Source: Candidatus Poribacteria bacterium (GTDB lineage: Bacteria > Poribacteria > WGA-4E > PCPOR2b). Taken from it: a stretch of DNA of 64,000 nucleotides. The position numbers and the translations under genes were made by a program. The stretch is taken from the NCBI GenBank assembly GCA_965198175.1, contig OZ240245.1:2464001-2528000 (forward strand), in the 5' to 3' direction. The notes beneath the pieces are model-generated. The model ran no database searches. It worked only from the letters and a program-made list of their open reading frames with translations, and was not told where the DNA came from. Positions within the stretch are counted from its first letter, which is position 1. Every line of letters begins with the position of its first letter. Positions 21,602 to 31,282 of this stretch are shown here, one piece after another.

Positions 21602-22207
21602 CTACGCCTTCAAACCCTCGATCATCATGTTAATCACCGTGTCGATCAATCTGTCTTTCGCGGCCCAGGGGAAATCGGGAAAATCAATCAGAAGCAATGT
21701 GACACCGTGAACAGCTGACCACAGTGCCTGACCGGTGATGTCGACATCCACCTGGCGGAATGTCTTCTGTCGCACACATTCCGTGACCATTGCGCGCAGG
21801 TAATTAAACACCTTTTCGCCAACCGATCCTTCTTGCAGACCTAATCCCTTCTGAAACTGGGGACGGACGACAAACGTCAGCTTGTAATCTTGCGGATACT
21901 CTAGACCGAATTCGACATAGGCTTTTCCACTTTTTCTCAGGTTCTCGACGGGGTTGCTTTTATCTCGTTTCAGCAGCTCAAGCGTGTTCAACAGGTTCAG
22001 GAGTGTTGCCTTGCAAACGGAATCTAAAAGATCTGCCTTGTCTCTGAAATAAAGGTAGATCATCGTCGGCGAATACTCGATCTTATCAGCAATCTTTCGC
22101 ATGGAGACGTTCTCGTAGCCTTCTTTGACGAACAACTCTCGCGCTGCAGAAAGAATTTGACGGCGTAACTGCTCTTTTTCCCTTGCTCTCCGTTCTTTAA
22201 CACCCAT
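21602..22207 (-). CDS. TetR/AcrR family regulator (WHG-type C-terminus)
   Basis: ILSAARELF..GYENVSMRKIA..YSPTMIYLYFRDK; LWSAVHG. Confidence 0.95.
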   Translation of the reverse strand: MGVKERRAREKEQLRRQILSAARELFVKEGYENVSMRKIADKIEYSPTMIYLYFRDKADLLDSVCKATLLNLLNTLELLKRDKSNPVENLRKSGKAYVEFGLEYPQDYKLTFVVRPQFQKGLGLQEGSVGEKVFNYLRAMVTECVRQKTFRQVDVDITGQALWSAVHGVTLLLIDFPDFPWAAKDRLIDTVINMMIEGLKA

Positions 22208-22239
22208 TGTTCTGCCCTTGGTTTACATCGTAATTTAAT

Positions 22240-22280
22240 TTAACGCCGTTAAGTATATCAGATGTTTTCCCATATGTCAA
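22240..22280 (-). promoter_or_regulatory. tetR promoter with overlapping operator
   Basis: Minus strand TTGACA-N17-TATACT (22280-22252) abutting palindrome TTAAC-GCC-GTTAA (22240-22252). Confidence 0.75.
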
Positions 22281-22344
22281 GAATTTTTGCATCCATGTAT
22301 TTTTTTCTATCCTCAGAGGACGATGCCTTTAAGAAACAGTCATC

Positions 22345-22516
22345 AGTTAAGAGTAGGTTGGGTTGAACGGAACCAACTAAGAAATACCAAGAATTGGACC
22401 AGTATTGCGATGTTCAATTCTGCGCAAAGAGTTTCTATTTGCTTGACCCATGTAGGCAATTGTGTATATAATCATCATTACATTTTTTCACGAGTTTATA
22501 AATTTGAAAACCCAAC
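22345..22516. repeat. GTAG-type REP-like element, copy 1
   Basis: GTAGGTTGGGTTGAACGG ... TGAAAACCCAAC; 27-nt head matches 23239-23265 with one mismatch. Confidence 0.65.
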
Positions 22517-22717
22517 AACCGGCACAAAGAAAACCACGTGTCAACAACGCTTTTAGGAAGGACCAATTCCTTTTCGCTTTCGCCTCGGTCCGAAACTCTA
22601 TGACCGACTCCGGGTGAGCGCCATCAAATACCGAAATTCCATCTTTCGGGAAATCAATTGATTGTTGGTAAGGGATTAGCACAGGTTTAAACCCACAAAC
22701 AAGAAGGGAGAATTCTC

Positions 22718-23212
22718 TTGAGTCGCCCCTTGCAGGAAAGAAGACAACTGAGCCTCTTCGAAGTGTGTTTTTATGCTAATTGTGTTGTGCTGGCACTTAT
22801 CTGCTTCGGTCTAATTCTAGGACATGCTTTGTATAACATCACTGTTCACTCTATTCACCCGTCCACCGGCTGGTGGTGGATCCTCTCAGTCTTTTTGCTC
22901 ATTAACGTCTCAATTTTGATTTTTTGGACAAGGAGGATCATCTTGAGCCGTCCCACTCCTGAAAGAAAACAGCTTAGGTCCGTACAAGTGTGTTTTTATG
23001 CTAATGTTTCTTCAGTGGTAACTGTCTGCTTCTTTGTAACTCTCGGGATTCCTTTGTATTCTATCACTGTTGACGGTATTACTCCGTCTTCCACCGCGTG
23101 GTGGCCGGTCTTCATCTTTTTGTTCATAATCTTCCCTACTTGGATCTTTTTGGGTCGGAGGTTGTATTCACAAGGAATAAACACAATAAAAGAAACAACG
23201 GTGTCAAAATGA
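22718..23212 (+). CDS. Four-TM membrane protein made of two tandem ~75-aa repeats
   Basis: SRPxxERxQL..VCFYAN..LYxITV..I.PS..WW occurs twice; AGGGAG before TTG. Confidence 0.7.
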   Translation: MSRPLQERRQLSLFEVCFYANCVVLALICFGLILGHALYNITVHSIHPSTGWWWILSVFLLINVSILIFWTRRIILSRPTPERKQLRSVQVCFYANVSSVVTVCFFVTLGIPLYSITVDGITPSSTAWWPVFIFLFIIFPTWIFLGRRLYSQGINTIKETTVSK

Positions 23213-23238
23213 GATTTACAGTGTCCACATTCGCACTT

Positions 23239-23346
23239 AGTTAAGAATAGGTTGGGTTGAACGGATTTAATGAGAAACACCAAGCATTATACTTGAATTG
23301 CGGGGTTGATACCTCTTGAAAACTCCCAAATCGAGTGAAACCCAAC
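23239..23346. repeat. GTAG-type REP-like element, copy 2
   Basis: ATAGGTTGGGTTGAACGG ... GTGAAACCCAAC. Confidence 0.65.
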
Positions 23347-23385
23347 GCTTGATAATCAGCGCATCGGCGAGAATCAACGACGCAC

Positions 23386-25011
23386 CTAAAACTCCAACTG
23401 ACGCCCTTTCGGGTTTGCTGGGTTCGCTTTGCGAAACGTGACATCAATCGGCGTGCGCGGATACTCAATACCTTTCCCATCTAACAGTTCTTGAATTGTG
23501 CGAATCTGGATCTTAGGATACGTTGTGTCAGCCACGTGAAGCCATTGAAATCGTCCCGCCGCCGTCGCTTCCTTGAGCATCGGTTGCGTTGGCGTGTTCA
23601 GAGTAATAAAGACGCCAATCACAGCGCCTTGGCTATCGACGACCGACTTCAGTTCCCGTATGTCCTTGACAGACACTTTCCCACTTTTTACCTGAACGAC
23701 AATCTTTCGAGTTAGCGCCTTTTTCGTGTTATCCGGATCAACATCTTGATAATAGATTACCCCGTCCACCCCCTCGTCCGCTCCCTTCTTTTTCTCCTGA
23801 TAAGGTCGCGCCCGAATCAGACTCAACGCCCACCACTGGAATTGATACCGATCCTGAACCGCTAAAGCCCTAGCGCTCGCCTCATCTTTTGGCTCTCCGA
23901 CGATTTCGTACTTCACATTGTCGTCGAAGGCATCCACCAGGCGGTACCTCAATAGAGTGATAGCAAGGTGAGTAATGTCTATCCCAATCCATTGGCGATT
24001 AAATGTCGCAGCCGCTTGAATCGTTGTACCACAACCAGCAAAGGCATCAAGCACCACATCACCTTCATTAGACGATGTCTTGATGATACGTTCTAGCAAT
24101 ACAAGCGGTTTCTGCGTAGGGTACCCAAGGCGTTCTTTACTGGTGTTTCCAATTCGTGGAATATCATTCCAAATTGACGGTATCTGTTTTCCCGGAAGTT
24201 CGTCAAGATACACTTTTAACCCGTCCAGGCGCGAGGTTCCATCTTTCTTCAGTAGAATGCGCCCTTCCGCATACCATTTCTCCAATTGCTCTAACGATGC
24301 TCCCCAGCTTCGATGAGTAGGAGGTTGCGTCCCTCTCCATTCAAAGTTTCGACTCTGCATTACTGTTGACATTGTTAAGTCTCGACCTGTGTACAGGCGT
24401 CCATTCTCATCTGTTTTATAGCGCGATAACTGTGCATCTGAATATTCGGTGTATTGTTTATTCCAAGTATAACTATCGTCTTTAGAATAAAAGAGAAGTA
24501 GGTCATGGACTTTGGAGTAGTACCTCGCTTTCATGTTATGGGCATTGGTTCTTTCCCACACAATCTCATTCCTAAAATTCTCAACCGCAAAAATCTGATC
24601 CAAGATAATCTTCAAATAATGCGATGCTGTCGGGTCACAATGGAGATAAAAACTCCCTGTAGGCTTTAGGACGCGATGTAACTCAACCAATCGTAACGCC
24701 ATCATCACGACGTATGCCATCAGGTTCGTTTCTGTAAGGAAGCCGCGAAAACTCTTGATCGTCTCAACCAGAAGGTGCGGCGCTGTCCCGACTAACTCAT
24801 GATATGCCTGCTCGGTGGATTCGCCCCACCGCCATGTATCCTCAAAGGCTTGAATCTGCGCTTGCGATGCCGTGCCGTCCGTCTCACTGAAAATTATATT
24901 GTACGCCTGATTCGAGTTGAACGGAGGGTCGATGTAGATTAAGTCTACACTTTCATCGGGGATATGCTCTCGTAAGATTTCGAGGTTATCCCCGTAGTAA
25001 AGCATATTCAT
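23386..25011 (-). CDS. N4/N6 DNA methyltransferase fused to Mrr-like PD-(D/E)XK domain
   Basis: YIDPPF before DAFAGCGTT (beta-class order), YPTQKP; C-terminal DEGVDG...VQVKSG. Confidence 0.9.
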   Translation of the reverse strand: MNMLYYGDNLEILREHIPDESVDLIYIDPPFNSNQAYNIIFSETDGTASQAQIQAFEDTWRWGESTEQAYHELVGTAPHLLVETIKSFRGFLTETNLMAYVVMMALRLVELHRVLKPTGSFYLHCDPTASHYLKIILDQIFAVENFRNEIVWERTNAHNMKARYYSKVHDLLLFYSKDDSYTWNKQYTEYSDAQLSRYKTDENGRLYTGRDLTMSTVMQSRNFEWRGTQPPTHRSWGASLEQLEKWYAEGRILLKKDGTSRLDGLKVYLDELPGKQIPSIWNDIPRIGNTSKERLGYPTQKPLVLLERIIKTSSNEGDVVLDAFAGCGTTIQAAATFNRQWIGIDITHLAITLLRYRLVDAFDDNVKYEIVGEPKDEASARALAVQDRYQFQWWALSLIRARPYQEKKKGADEGVDGVIYYQDVDPDNTKKALTRKIVVQVKSGKVSVKDIRELKSVVDSQGAVIGVFITLNTPTQPMLKEATAAGRFQWLHVADTTYPKIQIRTIQELLDGKGIEYPRTPIDVTFRKANPANPKGRQLEF

Positions 25012-25043
25012 AGTCAATCTCCTAACCCCTCAACACACTAGAC

Positions 25044-25367
25044 CTAAACAAGAACCACTCGCTGTTGTCCCTCTTTTCCTGCTGAGGGAATAATGCGAAT
25101 CTCAATATCGTGATTCAGCCGGTTAAGAAATGTCATTAATCGCTCAAGGCTGTAATGATTAAACTTCCCCTTCTTTAGCCGAGATATCTCAGGCTGCTTC
25201 ACGCCTAAAATCTTCGCTGCCTCAGTCTGGGTCAGCTTCCGCTTTTCTATAATCTGAAATACTTCAAACCCGAGGGTTGCCTTGAGAAACAATTCCTCCG
25301 CATCTGGTAGGTCAAGATCCTTATACACATTGCCGGAACTCTTTTCAAACTGAATCTTCTCGCTCAT
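25044..25367 (-). CDS. XRE-family HTH protein (HigA-like antitoxin type)
   Basis: SSGNVYKDL, LTQTEAAKILGVKQPEISRL, SLERLMTFL. Confidence 0.88.
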   Translation of the reverse strand: MSEKIQFEKSSGNVYKDLDLPDAEELFLKATLGFEVFQIIEKRKLTQTEAAKILGVKQPEISRLKKGKFNHYSLERLMTFLNRLNHDIEIRIIPSAGKEGQQRVVLV

Positions 25368-25390
25368 AATTCTCCTCTAGTTTCTGCTTG

Positions 25391-26446
25391 TCAAGCGCTT
25401 TGAGCATTTCGCGCAATGACTTCCCCCCGCTCTCCTTCGGCGCCCTTGATTTCAAATCGAACGGGTAAAAACTGCTGAAGTAGCCAGATGTTTGTCGTGA
25501 GATGGGGAGTAATCTGAGAAGTGGTAAAACGCGATTCTTCTTTGGCAAGCGCCATGGGTAGGATGAGTTGATCGGAGAGGTGCGGGTCAATTGCCGCGCC
25601 CGACGCCAAAAAATCAGTCAGCGCTTGGCAAACTTCGTTAGCGACCTGTTCGGCAGGCTTTCCGCGTTTACCCAGTGCGAAAAATCCCGCTTGCGTATGC
25701 TCAAATACCGCGTTCAGAAAAACAAGCGTTCCCTGCCCGATAGATTTCCCCTGGACCAAGTCGATATTGACGCATGGGGTGAACTGCGCCAAGTGTCTCA
25801 CGCTCTGATCTCGCTGGCGAATCGCTATGTGATTGGGCAGATTGGAAACGGCGGAAATCCCTCGAATCTTTTTCAATACCCCTCGCTCACTCAGGTTCAC
25901 CCCGCGCCAGTTAGGGACGGGTTGAATGCGCGCAGTTGCTTCTCCGCCGCCTTTTGGATACCAGCCCCACCGCTTCAACTTCAGAGAACCTTGAAACCCG
26001 AACTTCGCCACCGCAGGGATGAATATTGTCTGAAGGTAGTGAACGTTTGGGCTGTATGGCACATGCGTGCCACCGCGCAGCGTCACGGTTGACGGGGCAT
26101 CAGCGTAAGCCAGCGGGATGGCAATGGATTGGAAGACGAGAGATAACGCCCCTGCACTTGGACGAACATCAGCCACATCAAAGATGAAGTTACCGCCACG
26201 AATCCGTTGTGGAACAAAGGATAAGGTTTGTGAACCAAGCGTAGCCCCCTTCACCTCGGCATTTGTGATTGCTGCAACTGCATTAACTGTAGTGAGATGC
26301 TGTGCTGCAAGTCCTGGTCTTCTACGTCCTGAACGGATGTTTGTCAGCCGGATGGGCTGTCCGAGAATTGCAGATAAGCTCAGGCTTGATCGCAGAATCT
26401 GACCGCCGCCTTCGCCATAATCGCCATCAATTTCGAGAAAGTTCAT
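25391..26446 (-). CDS. rtcA: RNA 3'-terminal phosphate cyclase
   Basis: GEGGGQILR, PGLAAQHL, GWYPKGGG, HLSDQL, HLTTN. Confidence 0.95.
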   Translation of the reverse strand: MNFLEIDGDYGEGGGQILRSSLSLSAILGQPIRLTNIRSGRRRPGLAAQHLTTVNAVAAITNAEVKGATLGSQTLSFVPQRIRGGNFIFDVADVRPSAGALSLVFQSIAIPLAYADAPSTVTLRGGTHVPYSPNVHYLQTIFIPAVAKFGFQGSLKLKRWGWYPKGGGEATARIQPVPNWRGVNLSERGVLKKIRGISAVSNLPNHIAIRQRDQSVRHLAQFTPCVNIDLVQGKSIGQGTLVFLNAVFEHTQAGFFALGKRGKPAEQVANEVCQALTDFLASGAAIDPHLSDQLILPMALAKEESRFTTSQITPHLTTNIWLLQQFLPVRFEIKGAEGERGEVIARNAQSA

Positions 26447-29130
26447 GAAGTAGTTTCAATAATGTCTGGATGGCCCAACGTCTCTGCGAGTGTACGCTTA
26501 ACTGCTGCGATCCGATCGGGCGATGTGGTTTTTGTCCCATCTTCTTCCGTTACGTAGAACGAATCAATTGCTGTATACGCTCTGGTCGTAACCTTTGCCA
26601 AGCGAATACCCAGACCGAGCTCATAAAATACATTTGAGATGGTGTAGAGCAAACCCACCCGATCCGGCACGCGGATATCGACAATGATGGCATAGTCCGA
26701 ACTCGCACTGTCGATCCGAATTTCTGAAGGGCTACTACGACGCTGCAGATGGGCTGGATAGCCCGACTCACCCCGTTCTTGAAGGAGTTGTTCTACCGCT
26801 TTCTCTCCCCTCCAGACAGCGCCCAAAGTCTCCGCGACTTGGCGGCACTGATTTAGGGAAATGCCCTGCAAAGAGATGTCTCTCATGGCGCTGTCAGAAC
26901 GTCCCGCTGCTACATTGAGCATGTCGATAACAATCCCATCTTTTCGCGTATTAACGGCAGCGCTCAAGATGTTAATATCTTCAGCTGCGAGAACACCCGT
27001 AATTCGCCGAAAAATTCCTTGCGCGTCGTGCGTGCAGATTCCAATTTTCGTATAGGTTTCCTTTTCTTCAAAACAGGAGACGGGGACTGGATCTTCCCTC
27101 AATCTTTCAACCAACTCGATCTGTTTGCCAATCAGTTCTGGCGTCTGCGAAATTAACTCTTGCTCGGGCATCATCTTAAAGTGTTGTGCGATTGCAGTCT
27201 CACTGACGGTTTCACCGATTAACCGAATGACCTGCTCCCTTAGCTCACCTAACTCCAATGAATCCGGCTTGCCCTGCAGGAGGTTCAGCGTCCGTGAGTA
27301 GAGCTTCGAAAGCAGAATCGAATTCCATTCGTTCCAGATTGACGGGTTCACCGCTCGCATGTCTGCAAACGTCAGGAGATAAAGCATCTTCAAATGTTCC
27401 TCATCTTTCACCAATCCGGCAAAGCGTTCAATCTCTCTCGGATCATCGACATCGCGTTGTTGTGCTGTGTAGCTCATGTCCCGATGTCTTAGTATCAGAA
27501 ACAATACCATTTCCCGGTCGAAGTCATTGAGCCTTAACCGGTTCAGCGCATCCTTTGCCATCTCAACGCTGCGGACATCATGCCCCCCAATTGGACCGTC
27601 AACCCCTTTACCGACATCATGCAATAAGAGCGCTAGCCGCAGCAATTCTGGCTTTTTCAACCCGCTCATGATATCCAGAAAAACCTGACCATCTTTTAAC
27701 TTTCTCAGCGTTCCTTCTTCTAGATTTTCAATTGCATACATTGTGTGCTCATCAACGGTGTACTGATGGTACCGATCAAATCGAATCAGCGACCGAACCT
27801 TTCCAAACTCAGGCATATAGCGATCCAGCACTTGCCAGCGATGCATCCGGCGCAAAACCTCCGCAACGGCTGTCGGGTAACTTAGAATAGAAAGGAAACA
27901 TTTAGCGTTTTCTAGAAGACGCCGAAACTCGTCATCGATGAGATCCAAGTTGGTAGTAATCTGATGGCGAATACCGGCACTAATTCGGCGATTGAGCTGC
28001 TGACGATGTACAAACACCTTCATCATTCGACTGGGGTCGTTCGTAAAATCTGAATGACCGGGCTGGAAGCTAATTTCATTCCGTACAATGGCAAACCCGT
28101 CAGATAACCGCTTGGTCAGCATCCGATTCATCAGCCGGTGTAGCTTGGATTCGTTATGTTTCACCCGATCGATAATCAGCTTGGCAAATTCAAAGAGGTG
28201 TTCCGCGTGAAGGTAGTAATCGCGCATTAGGTCTTCTTCAGCCAGAGCGTGATCTTTATCGCTGTAACCCAAGTTTTTTGCGACAGTTTCTTGGACCTCA
28301 AAAGTCAATCGATCGTGCCTTTTCTGATTGACGTAGTGGAGTTCACTGCGCAGGCGCCAGAGAAAATCGAGCGAAGCTTCACATGCTTCCGATACCGCTT
28401 GGGGTATCATCCCTCGATTGGCGAGTCCCCGCAAATCTTTGATCCCATATCGAACAGCCGCAATCCAGATGGCTGTATGAAAATCCCTAAGCCCGCCGAC
28501 ACTTTCCTTAATATTCGGTTCTTGCAGATAAATCGTAGCGCCGTAAGATTCATGACGTTCGCCCCATTCTTGAGTTTTCTGCGCAATAAATTTCCCAACC
28601 CGCCTTTTAAAAAAATGCTTTGATGTTTGCACTTGGAATTGACGATAAATCGGTCTTGCCCCAACGATATAGCGTGCGTCCAGCATTGATGTTTTTGAGA
28701 AAATGTCGTCGTAAGTTGCGCGGATGCACTCCTTAATAGACCGGCAGCTATGCCCAACTTCAAAGCCGGCATCCCAAAGCATCGTAATCAATTGAGAGGC
28801 AAACGGCTGTATTTGCTTAACGTTCACCCGTGAGGCATCATAAACCAACAGGATGTCAATATCCGAATAGGGATTTAACTCCTCTCGTCCATACCCACCC
28901 AATGCAAGTATTGCAAGGTAAGACGCTTCAGGTAAGATCTTCTCTTGAGTTGCCGCGTGATAGATACGTTGAATAACGTTGTCTGTGAGCCTTGTGTACT
29001 CCTCGACAATCTCTTTTCCGCCGATCCCAAATTGGTGGCGTGAGTAGATGCGCTCGCGTTCTTTGGCACAAAAATCCTTCAAATCTTCAACAAGCGCACG
29101 ATTTTGTAATGGGTCCTGTTGCGTTTGCAT
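26443..29130 (-). CDS. glnD: [Protein-PII] uridylyltransferase/uridylyl-removing enzyme
   Basis: GGYGREELNPYSDID, EPNIKESVGGLRD, YTVDEH, LLHDVGKG, two ACT domains (DRVGLL). Confidence 0.95.
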   Translation of the reverse strand: MQTQQDPLQNRALVEDLKDFCAKERERIYSRHQFGIGGKEIVEEYTRLTDNVIQRIYHAATQEKILPEASYLAILALGGYGREELNPYSDIDILLVYDASRVNVKQIQPFASQLITMLWDAGFEVGHSCRSIKECIRATYDDIFSKTSMLDARYIVGARPIYRQFQVQTSKHFFKRRVGKFIAQKTQEWGERHESYGATIYLQEPNIKESVGGLRDFHTAIWIAAVRYGIKDLRGLANRGMIPQAVSEACEASLDFLWRLRSELHYVNQKRHDRLTFEVQETVAKNLGYSDKDHALAEEDLMRDYYLHAEHLFEFAKLIIDRVKHNESKLHRLMNRMLTKRLSDGFAIVRNEISFQPGHSDFTNDPSRMMKVFVHRQQLNRRISAGIRHQITTNLDLIDDEFRRLLENAKCFLSILSYPTAVAEVLRRMHRWQVLDRYMPEFGKVRSLIRFDRYHQYTVDEHTMYAIENLEEGTLRKLKDGQVFLDIMSGLKKPELLRLALLLHDVGKGVDGPIGGHDVRSVEMAKDALNRLRLNDFDREMVLFLILRHRDMSYTAQQRDVDDPREIERFAGLVKDEEHLKMLYLLTFADMRAVNPSIWNEWNSILLSKLYSRTLNLLQGKPDSLELGELREQVIRLIGETVSETAIAQHFKMMPEQELISQTPELIGKQIELVERLREDPVPVSCFEEKETYTKIGICTHDAQGIFRRITGVLAAEDINILSAAVNTRKDGIVIDMLNVAAGRSDSAMRDISLQGISLNQCRQVAETLGAVWRGEKAVEQLLQERGESGYPAHLQRRSSPSEIRIDSASSDYAIIVDIRVPDRVGLLYTISNVFYELGLGIRLAKVTTRAYTAIDSFYVTEEDGTKTTSPDRIAAVKRTLAETLGHPDIIETTS

Positions 29131-29156
29131 TCATTTTCTCCACGTTGAAAATATCC

Positions 29157-29215
29157 GTAGGCGGGGCTTCCTAGCTCCGATGTCCCGATAATCGAGACAC
29201 GGATTCCCTACCTAC
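29157..29215. repeat. Short GTAG...CTAC REP-like element
   Basis: Bounded by GTAGG and CCTAC with GC-rich inner stems. Confidence 0.4.
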
Positions 29216-29310
29216 AATGGAACAATATAACCGTTCGAAAACTTATTCGACGCTGTAATTGTATTGCTCAGGCACTTGACCGCGAAAAACCCCGGAATGG
29301 GTCGGATAAG

Positions 29311-30666
29311 CTACAAACCACTTAAAAAAAGGATACAGATGAGCACAGGTAATAAAACAAACAGAATCTTTACTTCGACTAGATAGCCTTGATAGCGCAT
29401 TGCGCGTGAATCTTTTGCCTTCAACTGATTTATCAGTTCGATTCGCCGATGAATCGAAGGGTGTGTGTGGAAAATCTCAAAGACACGTTGAATCGAATGA
29501 GGAAGAAAATTTAGGTACGCGAGGCGGTTGAGTGCAGATTTGAATGCCTCCGGATTGCCGGTAAGCTCGACCGCATAAAGATCTGCTTGGTGTTCAAAAC
29601 GTCTCGAAAGGTAACCAAACACGAGGACAAAGTAGAGGAAAAGGAAGAAGATTGTCTCAATTGATGACAGCACAGCAGACTCAGGCAAGAGCGTCAACAT
29701 CGGCTCTCCAACGTAGATAGAAAAGATAGCATAACCGAGAAAAAAAGTCATCGAAAAGATGAAATAGGTTGGGATATGATTGTAACGCACATGCCCGAAT
29801 TCATGGGCGACAACGGATTCAATCTCTTCATCGGAAAAATGGGTCAGCAACGCGTCGGTCAAGAAAATCTGACGAGACCAGCGAACGATCCCAGCGACAG
29901 CAGCATTAGCAATTGCCAACGACCCTGTTTGCCAAACAACAATCTTTTTGTATTCGATTTTATCTTGCGCCGCAAGACGATTGATTTTTTCTTGCAGATT
30001 CATGTCAGCCAGCGGGAGCATTCTACCGATGCAACTCAGGAATAACGGCGCGTAGATGTACACAAGGAGAATTAGAAGCCCCATAAGAGGAATAAACAGG
30101 TATGTACGTTCGACAAAGAGCCGCTTCGTTTCCGGAAAGTGTTCAATCAAATCAAGCAGGACAAAGTAGGCAAATAAGGGAAGGAGCGGGAATATCAAAA
30201 ATTTCAGGTGAAAGCTCAGAAACTCACGTCTTTTTGCGCCTCGACGATGTGCACTTCGGTCAATCTCATGAAGGGCTAGACGAATAAGCATCAGTCCAAC
30301 GATGAGGGGAAAAATCGAGAAAGCATGACGAATGTAGGGCAGGTTGAGGAAGTGCAAAGTTTCATGGATGAGAACGGGTAAATTTAAGATATATACATCA
30401 TAAACATAACCAACGAGGACCAGAATCTCAAACCCAATCGCCGCTTGTTTAATACGATATCGTTGATGTACCGAACCCGCTGAGTCCAAAGCCAAGGTTC
30501 TTGTGGCATACGTTCCGAGTAAATAAACAAGAACCGAAGGTAAAACGGTTGCCACTACAGTAAACAGGATAATAAGGCTGTGATTAGTCTCTCTGCCATC
30601 TGTTGGAAGTTCAAAGGAGAACAGGAAAATAAATCCAGCGATTAAAATAAGGCTAATCTGCCTCAC
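29311..30666 (-). CDS. M48 family membrane zinc metalloprotease
   Basis: HEFGH, EHQAD, THPS; several TM helices. Confidence 0.88.
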   Translation of the reverse strand: MRQISLILIAGFIFLFSFELPTDGRETNHSLIILFTVVATVLPSVLVYLLGTYATRTLALDSAGSVHQRYRIKQAAIGFEILVLVGYVYDVYILNLPVLIHETLHFLNLPYIRHAFSIFPLIVGLMLIRLALHEIDRSAHRRGAKRREFLSFHLKFLIFPLLPLFAYFVLLDLIEHFPETKRLFVERTYLFIPLMGLLILLVYIYAPLFLSCIGRMLPLADMNLQEKINRLAAQDKIEYKKIVVWQTGSLAIANAAVAGIVRWSRQIFLTDALLTHFSDEEIESVVAHEFGHVRYNHIPTYFIFSMTFFLGYAIFSIYVGEPMLTLLPESAVLSSIETIFFLFLYFVLVFGYLSRRFEHQADLYAVELTGNPEAFKSALNRLAYLNFLPHSIQRVFEIFHTHPSIHRRIELINQLKAKDSRAMRYQGYLVEVKILFVLLPVLICILFLSGL

Positions 30667-30780
30667 TGTGTATCCCTTCCAGCTTGCAATTCGACATTTT
30701 CTTTTTGTCTGAGCAAAGTCATCTCAACGTCGCTGGGATAATTTACGGGTGGGGAGATTTGAGTTGCGGAACGGCTGGAA

Positions 30781-31092
30781 TCACATACCCATCTGTATCT
30801 GTTTGGATTTTGCCATTGCCTCCTCCGCTTCAGGAATCATGCCTTTGCGCTGATAACAGACTGACAGGCTCGTGTAGTTCAAAGGATCGTTCGGATTAAC
30901 TTCGATCGATTTCTTAATCGCTTCAATCGCTTCATCGTACTTGCCCATCCGTTCGTAAGTGTGTCCGAGTCCAACGTACCCATCGGCATATTCCGGGTAC
31001 CGATCGATGAGTTCTTTGAAGGCGGCAACAGCCGCGTCGAGTTCGTTATTTCCAAAATAGGACAACGCTCGATCGTAAAGTTCTTCTTTCAA
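30781..31092 (-). CDS. TPR-repeat protein
   Basis: YVGLGHTYERMGKYDEAIEAIKKSIEVNP; GAGGAGG before TTG. Confidence 0.88.
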   Translation of the reverse strand: MKEELYDRALSYFGNNELDAAVAAFKELIDRYPEYADGYVGLGHTYERMGKYDEAIEAIKKSIEVNPNDPLNYTSLSVCYQRKGMIPEAEEAMAKSKQIQMGM

Positions 31093-31173
31093 AAGTATTC
31101 CCCTCCTCTTTGTTTTTTCACGGTGTTTATGGGGTCCGCCAACTCCCTTTTACGAGTTTCCTTCATGGAAGCT

Positions 31174-31253
31174 ATTCTAACAGAAGGCGGGCTGAAAGTC
31201 AACGCTAAAACCTGCCGATTTCGTTTGACTGTCAATCGCGTGGTTGGTATAAT
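31174..31253. promoter_or_regulatory. Divergent sigma70 promoters
   Basis: Minus TTGACT-N17-TAGAAT (31202-31174); plus TTGACT-N17-TATAAT (31225-31253). Confidence 0.7.
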
Positions 31254-31282
31254 TAAGTCGGTCCAAATAGTACAATTTCAAT

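Noticed and set aside
22345..23346. Integron attC sites
   Set aside because: No proper RYYYAAC/GTTRRRY pairing or integrase; REP-like reading fits better
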